Below the pieces are notes generated by a model, which did no database searches, had not been told where the DNA came from, and was given only the letters and a program-made list of their open reading frames with translations. Source: the human T2T-CHM13v2.0 reference genome, Homo sapiens. Taken from it: a stretch of DNA of 64,000 nucleotides. The number at the start of each line of letters is the position of its first letter. Position 1 is the stretch's first letter. The stretch lies in the NCBI RefSeq assembly GCF_009914755.1, contig NC_060925.1, one strand, 5' to 3'. Shown here one piece after another: positions 14,696-29,317 of the stretch. The position numbers were made by a program, and so were the translations under genes.

Positions 14696-14729
14696 GCTTC
14701 ATCCAGTGAATACTAGAGGGATCGAACAG
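14696..14729 (+). other. LRRC42: Probable LRRC42 short 5'-UTR exon (34 nt)
   Basis: Long pyrimidine tract ending cccag| followed by donor CAG|GTGGGT. Confidence 0.6.
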
Positions 14730-16859
14730 GTGGGTGAGATTAATTTTTCACATTTTTTTTATCCTTAAGGTTGATGTCATATTTTTAGTCTTGAGAAACA
14801 GCATCATGCCAAGGAAAGAGCTTGAGCTTTGGAGTAATGCGGCCCTGAGATTGAATTCTGGCTCTGCCACTTATTAGCTCTGTTCTAGAGTAAGTTATTT
14901 TATTTCCGTGGGTCTCTTTGTCTATTAAAAGGCAATACTGACCTCATAGGATCATTAAAGATTACATGAGATCATTTTATATAGTACCTAACACAGTGCT
15001 TGGCAACTGGTAGGTGCTTAATAAATGGTAGCCATCATCCAGTATCATTAAACATCATAGTTACTGCTACAACTTGTTATTCTTAGGGGATTTTTATCTT
15101 ACTTTATCTACTGAAGTTAGATATTTTCTTCTTCTTCTCTTCAAATTAGCCGTAGATTCAGCTCACAATTTTACCCTGTGGGCTCCCTGACAATCCCAGT
15201 CCACCTGACTGGCATAGTCATGCTTTTTGCTTGGGAAACTGGATTCAAGGTCTAAAAAACTGTCATGTGTAGTTATCAATAATTTTGTCTGGCCTTTTTC
15301 AAGAAAGCTGTATAGAACTGAGTTTTTAATGTAATACAGCTGTGTTTCATTCATTTGATGAAATGGTACACTTCGTGGTAACTTTGGCTCGCTTGTGGTG
15401 ACCAAATGCTAGAACATACATGATTGTAATATTTTTCTATGCTGTCGTATGGGTTACAAAGCTGCCTTCCTGTAGCAGGCTGGGAAACTATCAAAATGTC
15501 GCTGTTACTCTTGATCCAATATATAATACAGCTACTACGATCTACATTGGGCATTGTTATTGTTGTAGTGACTAAGTATTTTAATTTTTCAATTTGGATG
15601 GAGTTTTCACCATGGTTTAGAACAGGCCCTGTCTCCTGACCAGGTCCATTTGTAATACACCACCCAGTACAATAGTGAGGGACAAATGAACCCAAGTAGT
15701 GAAGTTTTGTGTAGAATTCTCTTGCCTTTCTGGTTCTTAGCCTTGAAGGGTTCAAATGTTAATTTAATGCTTAGGTCATGTTACATACCTCATAGACTCA
15801 GGAAGATCCTTTTTGGGAGAATGCAGGATGTGCTGATTTAGTAGTAGAAATTAAAGGACGCCAGGATTCCCAAACCAAAGTCAATTCCTCCAGTGGCTTC
15901 TGGACAAATGATGTGGGTTTACTCTCCAGGAAAAAATTGTATTTATTTTTTCCTCATTTAGAAAGATAAGTGGTATTTGGTGGGTAATCTAAAGAAAAAC
16001 AAACAAACAAAAAAACAACCAGAACTGTGCCTTTTTTTTGAAAATGATCCCTGGAAGCCAAAGCAGCCAGGATTTTGAGGAGCCCAGGTTAGGGTCCTTA
16101 CTCTAGCCCCAAGCTGCTTGTGCCCTCTGCTGGATGGAATCAGACTTCTAGTTTTCATCTGAAGTGGTCACCCACCCACCCCATCCATCCATCCATTTGT
16201 CCATTTTACAACAGTGTTTGTGGAAGGCACTGTTAGGGGTGAGGGTTGGGGGCAATACAGATGGGCAGACCCTGTGTCATTGCTCAGGGAGTTCACAGTG
16301 TATTCATCCACTATAATAGGGTATGTTCCATAGAATTTGTCTTTCTGTTGTTAAAATCACGTCAGTCCTTTTTAGGGCCATACCTAGCGTCTGCTTTCTG
16401 ATCTACAAGTAGAGTGGAGCTCTGAATGTTAAATGACAGGGATAAAGACCAAAGGACATCTGCCGTAATTCCTCAGTCAAAATTAAGGTCTGCAAGGTTG
16501 GAGGGTCCAGATGCTCACCCCTACTGGAGGAACAGCTCAGAATAAATGAGGTGTCTCCTTAGCAGCAGGGGCTGTAAATGCTGGCAAGAGAAAAGTATGG
16601 GTTATAAGAGCTGGCACTGTGACAGGATTTTTTTCCCCTGTTTTTTAGTTTAGTTGTCTCCCACCCCTTGTAGTACCAGTAGCAATATATTCCCATCGTC
16701 TGCTTTGCCTCTGCCACCTGCAGAAGGGTCTGGCAAGTGGGGGAGGAGCCTGCAGCTGTTGCCTGGAAAAGGAGCTGGCTCCTAGCAACAGTATCAGCAG
16801 GCCCTACAACTGAGAGCACCAAGTTTGTCCTTTGAGGTCTTACCCTTCCTTTCATACAG

Positions 16860-17270
16860 TTCAGCAAATATCTTTTGAGGGCTTACTTAGTACTAGGCAC
16901 TATGTCAAGCCTGAGAAAGATAGATGAATCAAATAAGTACCTTGCCTTCAAAAAGCTCACCACTCTGGGTACATTAACAAGTGAACAGACATAGTACATG
17001 GTCCTAAGTGCTATGTAGGAGAGACTGGGTGCTCTGGGAAAACCAGACAGGCACGTACTGGTGCAGGGGTTAGGGAAGGTTTCCCAGAAGAGGGACGAAG
17101 TTAATGATGAGTAGGAATTAGCTAGGTCAGGTAGGCAGAGAAGGATGTTCCAGCCAAAGGGAACAGAACGAGCAATGGCCAGTGGGACATGAGAGCATGG
17201 CCAGTTTACCTGGGTAGTATGACAGGGCCAAAGAGTAGGACATAAGGAGATGAGCAGGAAAGGGTGAGGC
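16860..17270 (-). mobile_element. L2 remnant
   Basis: ttcagcaaatatcttttgagggcttacttagtactaggcactatg... is typical of an L2 3' end in reverse. Confidence 0.6.
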
Positions 17271-18334
17271 TCTAGGGCTAGGCAGAGTACTCTTCTCTCA
17301 TGTGCTTTTATACACATAATTATCCTTGAGAGAAACATGGATAGTACTGATTCCCACACACAGGTTCATTGTTTCATCTCCAGAGACTCAGCATTTTTGA
17401 TCACGGACCTAATTGTGTGCTGACACTCATAAGTGGCTTCAGGGCCACATTGTGGCCCCACATTGATGCAGAAGAAGCTGAGTTGGTTCACTCTAAAACT
17501 CAATCAGATTATTTTAGGGATATTATCAGGCATGTATGATATTCTACCTCTCTTCTCCCTTTAAATTGTAGAAATAATCCTCAAATACCTTCATTTTATG
17601 TAACATAGCAATTTTTCATGTATTTTGAAATCTCATGGTTACTCAGGAGGAAAACAAGTATTCCAGTTAGTTCTTGGGCATATATTATTACCCACATGAC
17701 TGCAGAAATGCCCAACTGTTTGACTTTTTTATGTTAAAACTGCCCTAATAGAACTTTAATAGATACGAAGTTTCCAAAGGCTAGAATAGTTTTTATGTAG
17801 CTCTTGTAATGGAGGTATTTATTTGTAGATAAAAAAAATCCTGTTGCTTTTGGTCTTTGTAAAGTTTAGCAAACGAGTAAATGTTGGTTCCACACTATCT
17901 GCTCGGGGACTATAAGATGCCAGGACACTGTGTTATAGAGTCTGCATGAATTCAGCGTGGTTCCTTTTCTCAAGGAGCCCAAAGCAGCAGATGGCAGACT
18001 CAGAAACAAATAAATACAACAGTGCACCGAGTGCAACCAAGAAGTGTGTGGAATGTGTCAAGCTAGCAAGGGAGTTATTTATTTCTAGTCTTTTTTCTGT
18101 GTCTAAACATGTTTTTTAAAAATTCATAATTTTAATGGCTTTATCACATTCCATGGTACGTGTAAGTCATAATGTATTTATTAACATCCCAATTGTTAGA
18201 CATTTAGGTCGTTTTCCAATTGTTTTGCTAATATAAACTTGCTGCCATTAATTTACACATAAATGAATCTTTGCTGACATCTGTGACAACTTCCTTAGCA
18301 TGAATTTTGAAGATGAGATTTTGACCTGGGTTTC

Positions 18335-18631
<297 letters not shown>

Positions 18632-18907
18632 CTTGACCTGGGTTTTGAAAGAAGAGTGGGAGATGGCCAGATAAACAAGAAAAAGGGAAGAGTAGGAAGG
18701 GGCATTCCAGGTAGCGGCAATAGAGGCAACCTTGAATGCCAAAGTTCCCAGGCAACTGGTGAGTTTTGCTTTTCCTAAACCAGCCACCAGGCCTGCCTGG
18801 TAGGCTCATAAAGCCCTGGGCACAGCAAGATGAAGTTACATGTTACAAATGGCATTTTAATTGGATTTGCTTCCCTGTGCCTTGCTTTTACAGTTGCAAC
18901 CAAGGCA

Positions 18908-19380
18908 ATGTCTTACTACCTCAGCTCAGAAAACCACCTGGACCCAGGGCCCATCTACATGCGAGAAAATGGGCAGCTGCACATGGTCAATCTGGCTCTG
19001 GATGGTGTCAGGAGTAGCCTGCAGAAGCCAAGGCCTTTCAGACTGTTCCCCAAAGGCTTTTCTGTGGAGCTTTGCATGAACAGGGAAGACGACACTGCAC
19101 GGAAAGAGAAGACTGATCATTTCATCTTCACATACACCCGAGAGGGGAATCTTCGGTACTCCGCCAAATCCCTCTTCAGCCTTGTCCTGGGTTTCATCTC
19201 CGACAATGTGGATCACATTGATTCCCTTATTGGCTTTCCTGAGCAGATTGCTGAAAAGCTGTTCTCTGCTGCTGAAGCCAGACAGAAATTCACTGAGCCA
19301 GGTGCAGGGCTGAGGGCTTTACAGAAATTCACTGAGGCCTATGGAAGTTTGGTGCTTTGCTCCCTGTGTTTGCGAAACAG
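18908..19380 (+). CDS. LRRC42: LRRC42 coding exon 1 (exon starts 18894; ATG 18908)
   Basis: Acceptor ttgcttttacag|; translates MSYYLSSENHLDPGPIYMRENGQLHM...CSLCLRN(R); donor CAG|GTGGGT; 473 coding nt, phase 2. Confidence 0.96.
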
Positions 19381-20239
19381 GTGGGTGTTCTGATTAGATT
19401 ATTCGGTATTTTATTGGGTGTGTTAATTCTGTCAAGCTCTGGGGCTTAGTGGGCTCAGGGGCTTCCCTCATCAAATAGCACTTCAGTTTAGAACTTCCAA
19501 ATATGAAGTAAAAGACCATATTGAAAAAAATCACTCTTCCTTCTCCTCACCTCTTAGATGACACTTAACTTTATTCTGAAATCATTTTACAAGGATTAGT
19601 TGTCACAGCTCCTCCATTAAGTAGAAAATATTATTCTAACAGCTTTCAAAGAGAAAATAGAAAAGACAAAATGTGATCTGCCAAATATCTCTTGATACGC
19701 TCTTACAGATGGGGAGATTAGTACCCAGAGTTTTTGGGCCTGTTTTTGGTTTTCAGACCACTAGATACTGACCATTAGATAAAAAGTGACCTTAAAAGAT
19801 TGGGTGATTAAAATTTCAAATATCCTAAAGTTTGGCAGTTCTCAAAGTCCCAACACTAAGGTCTGTGGTCTTAACAAAGCAGATATTTTCTCTTGTGACT
19901 GCCTTTGCTCATATGCTTTATTTAAAATTTTTACTTTACCGTCATGTAAAAACACTTTCAAAACATCTAATTTTTTAAAAAACTTGCAAAAACAATAAAA
20001 CTATACATGGCAAACAATTTAAACACAAACACAAAGTGGCATAAAATGAAACATAAGCCTTCTTCCTATCTCATCTCCAGTTTCCTCTCTCCAGAGACCA
20101 AATGCTGTTACCAGTTTTTAAAATACCATTCCAGAGATATTCTATACACATACATGCTTATGTAGTTCCCGTCTTTGTTATACAGATGGCAGCATGCTGC
20201 ATACACTCTTATGGACCTTGCTTTCTTCACATAATTTGA

Positions 20240-20953
<714 letters not shown>

Positions 20954-22202
20954 TAAGACGCACAATCTGCATGAGCATTATAACAAGGGCTGAACAAAAA
21001 ATGTATATAAGAGAAAGCCATATCAGAAAACAGGAGGTAAGCTCGTATGCTTAATAAAGGAGAAATGATCTTTATTTAATCAGCTCATAGAATTAATGGT
21101 TTCACCACAGGCCAAATACTGTATTTTAAAAAGAAAAGACATAAACACATGCAGAAAAGAATAGAAACTTGGCTCATAAACTGAGCAGGCACCTTGAAAG
21201 CTCTGTCTCTGGGCTATGGTCTCAGTCATGGCTGGACTTGGGACTGCTGCCAGTGGAAAGGAAAAAAATTACCTTGCCTAAATGAAAAAGTCAAGCAATA
21301 TTTCATTGTGGCTTATGCATTTAAAATACGTTTTACCCTTCATTTTTTCTTCCAAGTTGTTTATGTTCATTGTAGAAAAGTTAGAACAATGGCAAAATAG
21401 ACTTATGATGTATATCTTGTTTTAAAATTAGCAATACATGCTATTTGGGGAATGCATAAAATTGTAGTATTAAAAAATCCATAATCCCACCATGATGATC
21501 ATTTTCAAATATATTATTTTTATACATTTGGGAATATATACTTTGTACAACTCGTATTCTGTTTTTTCCCCCACCTACCCTTATAGCTTAATATTTGCCA
21601 TGCTGTTGAAAACGCCGTTTATCCATTTGCGATGTCTGGATACTGTTGTAGTGGTAGATTGGTCAGATTGGGATGAGAATAGCACTTTTCATTCACATTT
21701 GATGAGGACATAAATTAGTGTAGCATTTCTGGAAGCAGTTTAGCAATATGTATCAAGAACCTTGAAAACATCCATACTATTTGTTTGACCCATTAATTCT
21801 ACTTACTAAGAATCTATTCTGATCCCTAATGTAATAATCAAAGATGGGAACAGATATTTTTACATAAGAGTGTTCATTGTAGTACTGTTTGTACAAGTGA
21901 AAATCTAAAAACTAAATGTTCAACAGTAGGGAGTTGGTTAAGCAAATTATAGTATATTTATATGATGAAATATTATGTAACTATTAAGATAATATTTTAA
22001 GAAACAGATTTTTTAAATGTATGTATTGGACAGATAGAAGGAAAAAAGAAATCTACCAAAAAGCGGTCTAGATGGTGGGATTGGAATTGATTTTATATTC
22101 TTTATACTTTCCTATATTTTCTTAATTTTTTTCCAATGAAAGTGATACATTATCAGAAAATGTAAGAAACATTTACATTTATATAATAATCAGAAAATAT
22201 AG

Positions 22203-22835
<633 letters not shown>

Positions 22836-25056
22836 AACATAATCTTTTAGCCCATATTTTATTGCAGCAATTCCACACTTGACTGTCTCATTCAAATGTA
22901 AGACTTTCAGTTGTTATCAAAAACCTCTCTTCTCCTTTTGAATCCTTAAAGGCAAATAGAGGGCAGGAAACTTGAGGTTGCATTTGCAATCCAGGGCTGT
23001 AGCTGCAGTCCAAGAGGTTTTGTCAGCACAAAGGGGTTCAGGTCAAAAGTAATGAGCTTGAAAAAATAAATGAAAATAAAATAACTGGGTAGGTGCAGGC
23101 ACTTGCTATCTTGGGGTTAAGTCACAAAGCTACCTGCCAGAAGCAAGTGTCTTTGCAACTGAATTCCAACCTTACGAAAACTCTCTTCTCCCTTGTGTTG
23201 AAACCCCAGTGATTTTTAATCCCACTGGTGGTAACAGGGAGGCAAGTATGTTTTCCTTAAAATATCACTTTTTGTTGTTGACATAATAGTAATAGCTACT
23301 ATTTCATGAGGTCTTGCAAGATGCCATGGAATTTTAAAATATTGTTTCTCTTTTTCTTAATCATCCTGAAAAGAATTTTGTAGCCCCATTTTGTAGCTGG
23401 AGAAATTGAGGCTCAGAAAGGTTAAGTAACTGTCTCACAATCACACAAGTAATTGGGCTGTTAGAATCCAAACTCAGGTCTGGTCTGTGCTCTTTCTATT
23501 GCTTTTCCACTGTACTGTTCCGAACCCTTTAAGGGAAAATTTGGAAGACTGGTTGCAAGCAAGAACCTAGAGCTTTGATTATGTCCTAGATTAGCACCTA
23601 GTAATGTCTGTGGCCTAACATGTTTGTTCCTCAACCTTGAGTTTCGTAATGTTTCTTAATCACATTACACAGTGTTATGTCCTTTGCAGAGAACCCTTGT
23701 TTCAGAATTACTAAAAATCTTTTGGTTAATTGATCAAAGTATATGTGTTTTCCTTTCTCTGATTGCCAGTAATCCTCTAAATCCCCATTAACACACTTCA
23801 ACTCTGTGATTGGAAGGTGGAAAACAGCAGCTTTATTTACAATGCAATTAAAATACATCTGAGTAAATAAGGCTCTTTTGTGTACCCAGCTGAGCTCGGT
23901 CTCCAGGCACCTTAGGTTCCACCCTTTAAGGGGGTATCAGTGCCTCAGACCATCTGTACCTAGCTGTCAGGCTGGTGATTAGTTTGAGTACATCTTTTTT
24001 TGGTTGGAAGTAGGAAGAAAAGAGATTAACTCCTCTCTTGCCCTCTGATTATTCCATCCTGTTTTTGGCAGTTGTGATCCTGCTGATGGAAGAGAGGTAT
24101 GTACTCTTTTAGGTGTAACCCCACTGATCCTAACACACCATCTTGCTGTGGAAACTTCCAGACATTCAAGAGGAAGGTGGATGAGAGAGGCCTGCTCTTG
24201 CCACAAGTCAGTTTCCCTGTCCTCTTAGGTTCCTCTCCTCTCCATTTCCTGTCACACCTAATCCCTTTCATTTTTTCTCACTGACCTCATCTGAGATAGA
24301 TGAACCACTAGAAAGCAGGGTGGAGGCCCCAGCCTGGGCTGTGGAATGCTGTTTTGATCTCCTTTCCCTCTCCAGAGGCTTCCCTGATGCTTCCTGATAA
24401 CAACTTGGCAAGGTGCTGCAATGTAATTAAGTTGCTCGTGCTCAGGGTTTGTCTTAATATCCATCTAGACTGGAGTGAGTCCTTGTAGCAGTCTTGCTGT
24501 ACATACTTTTGGAGTAAAGTTAGGATAACAGGCACAGGGGAGTGTTCAGGAAAGATAAAATGTGATGTGCCAAATATCTCTTGGTATGTTCTTGGGGACA
24601 TGCAGATTGGAAACGAGAGTTCTTGACCTTGCTCCAGTTTTCAAATCACTGGATGTTGAGCATTAGATTAAAAGCAACTTTAAAAGAATTAGTAATTAAA
24701 AATTCGAGTATCCTAAAGTTTGGAAATTCTCAGGTAAGGTCCCAACACCAATGCCAAGGTCTGCCTGATAACAAAGCAGGTGTTTCACTTGTGACTTTCC
24801 TTTGCTAATATACATTTATTTATTTATTTATTTATTTATTCAAAATTTTTATTCTACCATCACATAAAAAGATGTTCAAGGCATTTACTAATTAAAAAAT
24901 TCAGCCTTTGCCCTGATAGTAATTAGTGAAGTCTGCTTATTCCATAGTACTGTGTCCTGATGGGATGGTAGGATATTGACTATGATACAAATCCACAAAT
25001 GGTAATGCTTTAAGAGTAGTGAGGGGAAGCTATTGATTGCTCTCCACGCTCCGTAG

Positions 25057-25188
25057 GTATCTCGTGATTTCAGAAAAGCTTGAGGAGATTAAGTCTTTCC
25101 GGGAGCTGACCTGCCTGGATCTTTCCTGTTGCAAGCTTGGAGATGAGCATGAACTTCTAGAACATCTCACCAATGAAGCCCTGTCTAG
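25057..25188 (+). CDS. LRRC42: LRRC42 coding exon 2
   Basis: ccgtag|G TAT CTC... = YLVISEKLEEIKSFRELTCLDLSCCKLGDEHELLEHLTNEALS(S)|gtactg. Contains an LRR motif (LxxLDLSxC); 132 nt, phase-consistent. Confidence 0.95.
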
Positions 25189-25440
25189 GTACTGACCTGT
25201 CACCACTTGCAGATGAATTGTTTCAGTATTGTTTTAAAGGCTGATCCAACAGGATTATCTTCAGGAATGCTGATTACTTCCCATTCTTATGTTGATTTGC
25301 TTTTTTTTCCTAAAACATTTTCAATCTCCATTTACTTGGTATAAGCAATATAGATTAGACAACCCTTAGAAAGTCAGTCAGTTGACTCAAGTCAGTTAGT
25401 TGACTCTTTTTTTCTAAGTAACTTTTATTTTAATATGTAA

Positions 25441-27108
<1,668 letters not shown>

Positions 27109-27263
27109 AAAAGAGCTTAACTTTGTTAAATGCATTGGGTATGAAATAGCAAGAGGTAGAGGATATGTTATATTTTTAAATGAAAATGTTGAAAGCATGT
27201 TTTTATACCTAGATTGTCTCAAACTCTCTTTGAGTAATTTATGTATGTACTTTGTTTCCCTAG

Positions 27264-27382
27264 TGTAACTCAGCTCCACCTGAAGGATAATTGTTTATCT
27301 GATGCTGGGGTGCGGAAGATGACAGCACCAGTTCGAGTGATGAAAAGAGGCCTTGAGAATCTAACATTATTAGACTTATCAT
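27264..27382 (+). CDS. LRRC42: LRRC42 coding exon 3
   Basis: ccctag|T GTA ACT... = VTQLHLKDNCLSDAGVRKMTAPVRVMKRGLENLTLLDLS|gtaagt; 119 nt. Confidence 0.95.
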
Positions 27383-28035
27383 GTAAGTTTTCTTCGAAAT
27401 TATAGATTATTTTAATGTTGGAAGAATGGCCTTAGAGATCATGTAGTTCTTCCTCTTCATTTTAGAGGTGAGAAAGGAAAGGTGACTTTCCTCGGTGCCA
27501 TAGAAACTTGGTGGCAGAACAGGATTGAGGCCAAAGACTCTTGACTCCTGGCCAACTGATTTTTCTAGCACATACCACCTCTTTAGGGTAGGAAAAACCC
27601 TTACACATTCATCCATGCCACTCGCTGTGTGCAAACAGAGACACCTTTCATCATATTCATTGCATACTTAAAGGACATTTGACTCATCTTTATTTTCCTT
27701 GAGTCTCTGATCCTTGGTGTCTGTCAGCTAGGTCCTTTTTTATCAGTGTTTGCCTGATGAAAAGCTGGATGAACGGATAATTTACTCAGATTAACCAGAT
27801 ATTGACTCCAATGGTAAGAGGTTGACAGAGATCATTTACAATTTAACCGAGCATCCATTGACTCTATGGCAGGACAGTATGATGCCAAAAGAATAGAAAG
27901 AGCAGTGGTTTGAGGTCTGAGGACCCTTCTTGGTCTACCACTTTTACTACCAGTTATATACCTTCAGACCAGTTATTTAACCACTTTGAGCATTGGTTTT
28001 GGCCTTTGTAAAATGAGGATAATAATGAATGTCCT

Positions 28036-28330
28036 GGCTGGGCGCGGTGGCTCACGCCTGTAATCCCAGCACTTTGGGAGGCCGAGGCGGGCAGATCACG
28101 AGGTCAGGAGATCAAGACCATCCTGGCTAACACAGTGAAACCCCGTCTCTACTAAAAAGATACAAAAAATCAGCTGGGCGTGGTGGCCGGCACCTGTAGT
28201 CCCAGCTACTCGGGAGGCTGAGGCAGGAGAATGGCGTGAATCCGGGAGGCGGAGCTTGCAAGTGAGCCAAGATTGCGTCACTCACTCCAGCCTGGGTGAC
28301 AGAGCAAGACTCTGTCTCAAAAAAAAAAAA
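28036..28330 (+). mobile_element. AluY-like inserted in MIR sequence
   Basis: Y diagnostics (gaatggcgtgaa...ggagcttgca); TSD aataatgaatgtcct. Confidence 0.9.
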
Positions 28331-28941
28331 GAAATAATGAATGTCCTCCCTACCTCCCAGGGAAGTGTATTCATTCAACAAATATTTTTTGAGCATCTAC
28401 AATGTGCCAGGCACTACGCTTATGGCCTTGAGGACTCAATGCTAAGTGTAGTACTCTCTGACGTGAGAAAGTAATATATAAGAAAGGATTCTGAAAATAA
28501 TGCAAGTTGGTAAGAGTGGTGATAGTATCTGTGTCTAAGTTCCCTTGAATATCTTTTTAAAATAAATAAATGCTTTTACTTTGGAGGTGAAATGGCCATG
28601 AATAAAGTATGATAAACCATTGTAATACATGTTTATGTATGTTTTCATATGGTTCCAAATTAAACCCTTTGGGATAACTACCTGGTTCATTTATTTTTCT
28701 GCTCACCCCCAACTCCTAGAAAGTAAGAGCTGTAAAGGATCTTTAGGGATCATTGAGTGTGGCTCTTTTATATTACAAATAGTAAAGATCAGACCTCTGT
28801 ATTTAATTTACTTTGAAAAGTTTGCCAACTCAAATGTTTTATAGTTTATCATTGCCCGGACGTTTTTCTGAGCTTATTTTTGGTTGTCATTTTAACAGCA
28901 TTTATATTGTGACAGAATGCTACGTTGTTTTTGACATCTAG

Positions 28942-29030
28942 GTAACCCTGAGATCACAGATGCAGGCATTGGATACCTCTTTTCTTTTAGGAAACTAAAC
29001 TGCTTAGATATCTCTGGGACAGGGCTCAAG
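28942..29030 (+). CDS. LRRC42: LRRC42 coding exon 4
   Basis: atctag|GT AAC CCT... = (C)NPEITDAGIGYLFSFRKLNCLDISGTGLK|gtaaga; 89 nt. Confidence 0.95.
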
Positions 29031-29203
29031 GTAAGACTTTTGGTTCCTTCTCTCATTTTTCTAGACTCAACAATTTGATATTTTGCCTGTGCTAATTGGT
29101 ATTTAGAAAGGGCTGGTATTTATGATGGTCTTTATTTACTACTGAAAACAAGTAAGAATTAACCAAATGTATTTGCATTTCTGATCTGTCTCTGCCTCAC
29201 TAG

Positions 29204-29317
29204 GACATCAAAACCGTCAAGCACAAGCTCCAGACCCACATAGGCCTTGTTCACTCCAAAGTGCCTTTGAAGGAATTTGATCATAGTAACTGCAAGACAG
29301 AGGGCTGGGCTGACCAG
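29204..29317 (+). CDS. LRRC42: LRRC42 coding exon 5
   Basis: cactag|GAC ATC... = DIKTVKHKLQTHIGLVHSKVPLKEFDHSNCKTEGWADQ|gtactc; 114 nt. Confidence 0.95.

Noticed and set aside
19670-19780. Duplicated intronic element as a C/D-box snoRNA
   Set aside because: The gtgatct/gtgatgt motifs match box C (RTGATGA) poorly, and I see no box D or terminal stem conserved in both copies.
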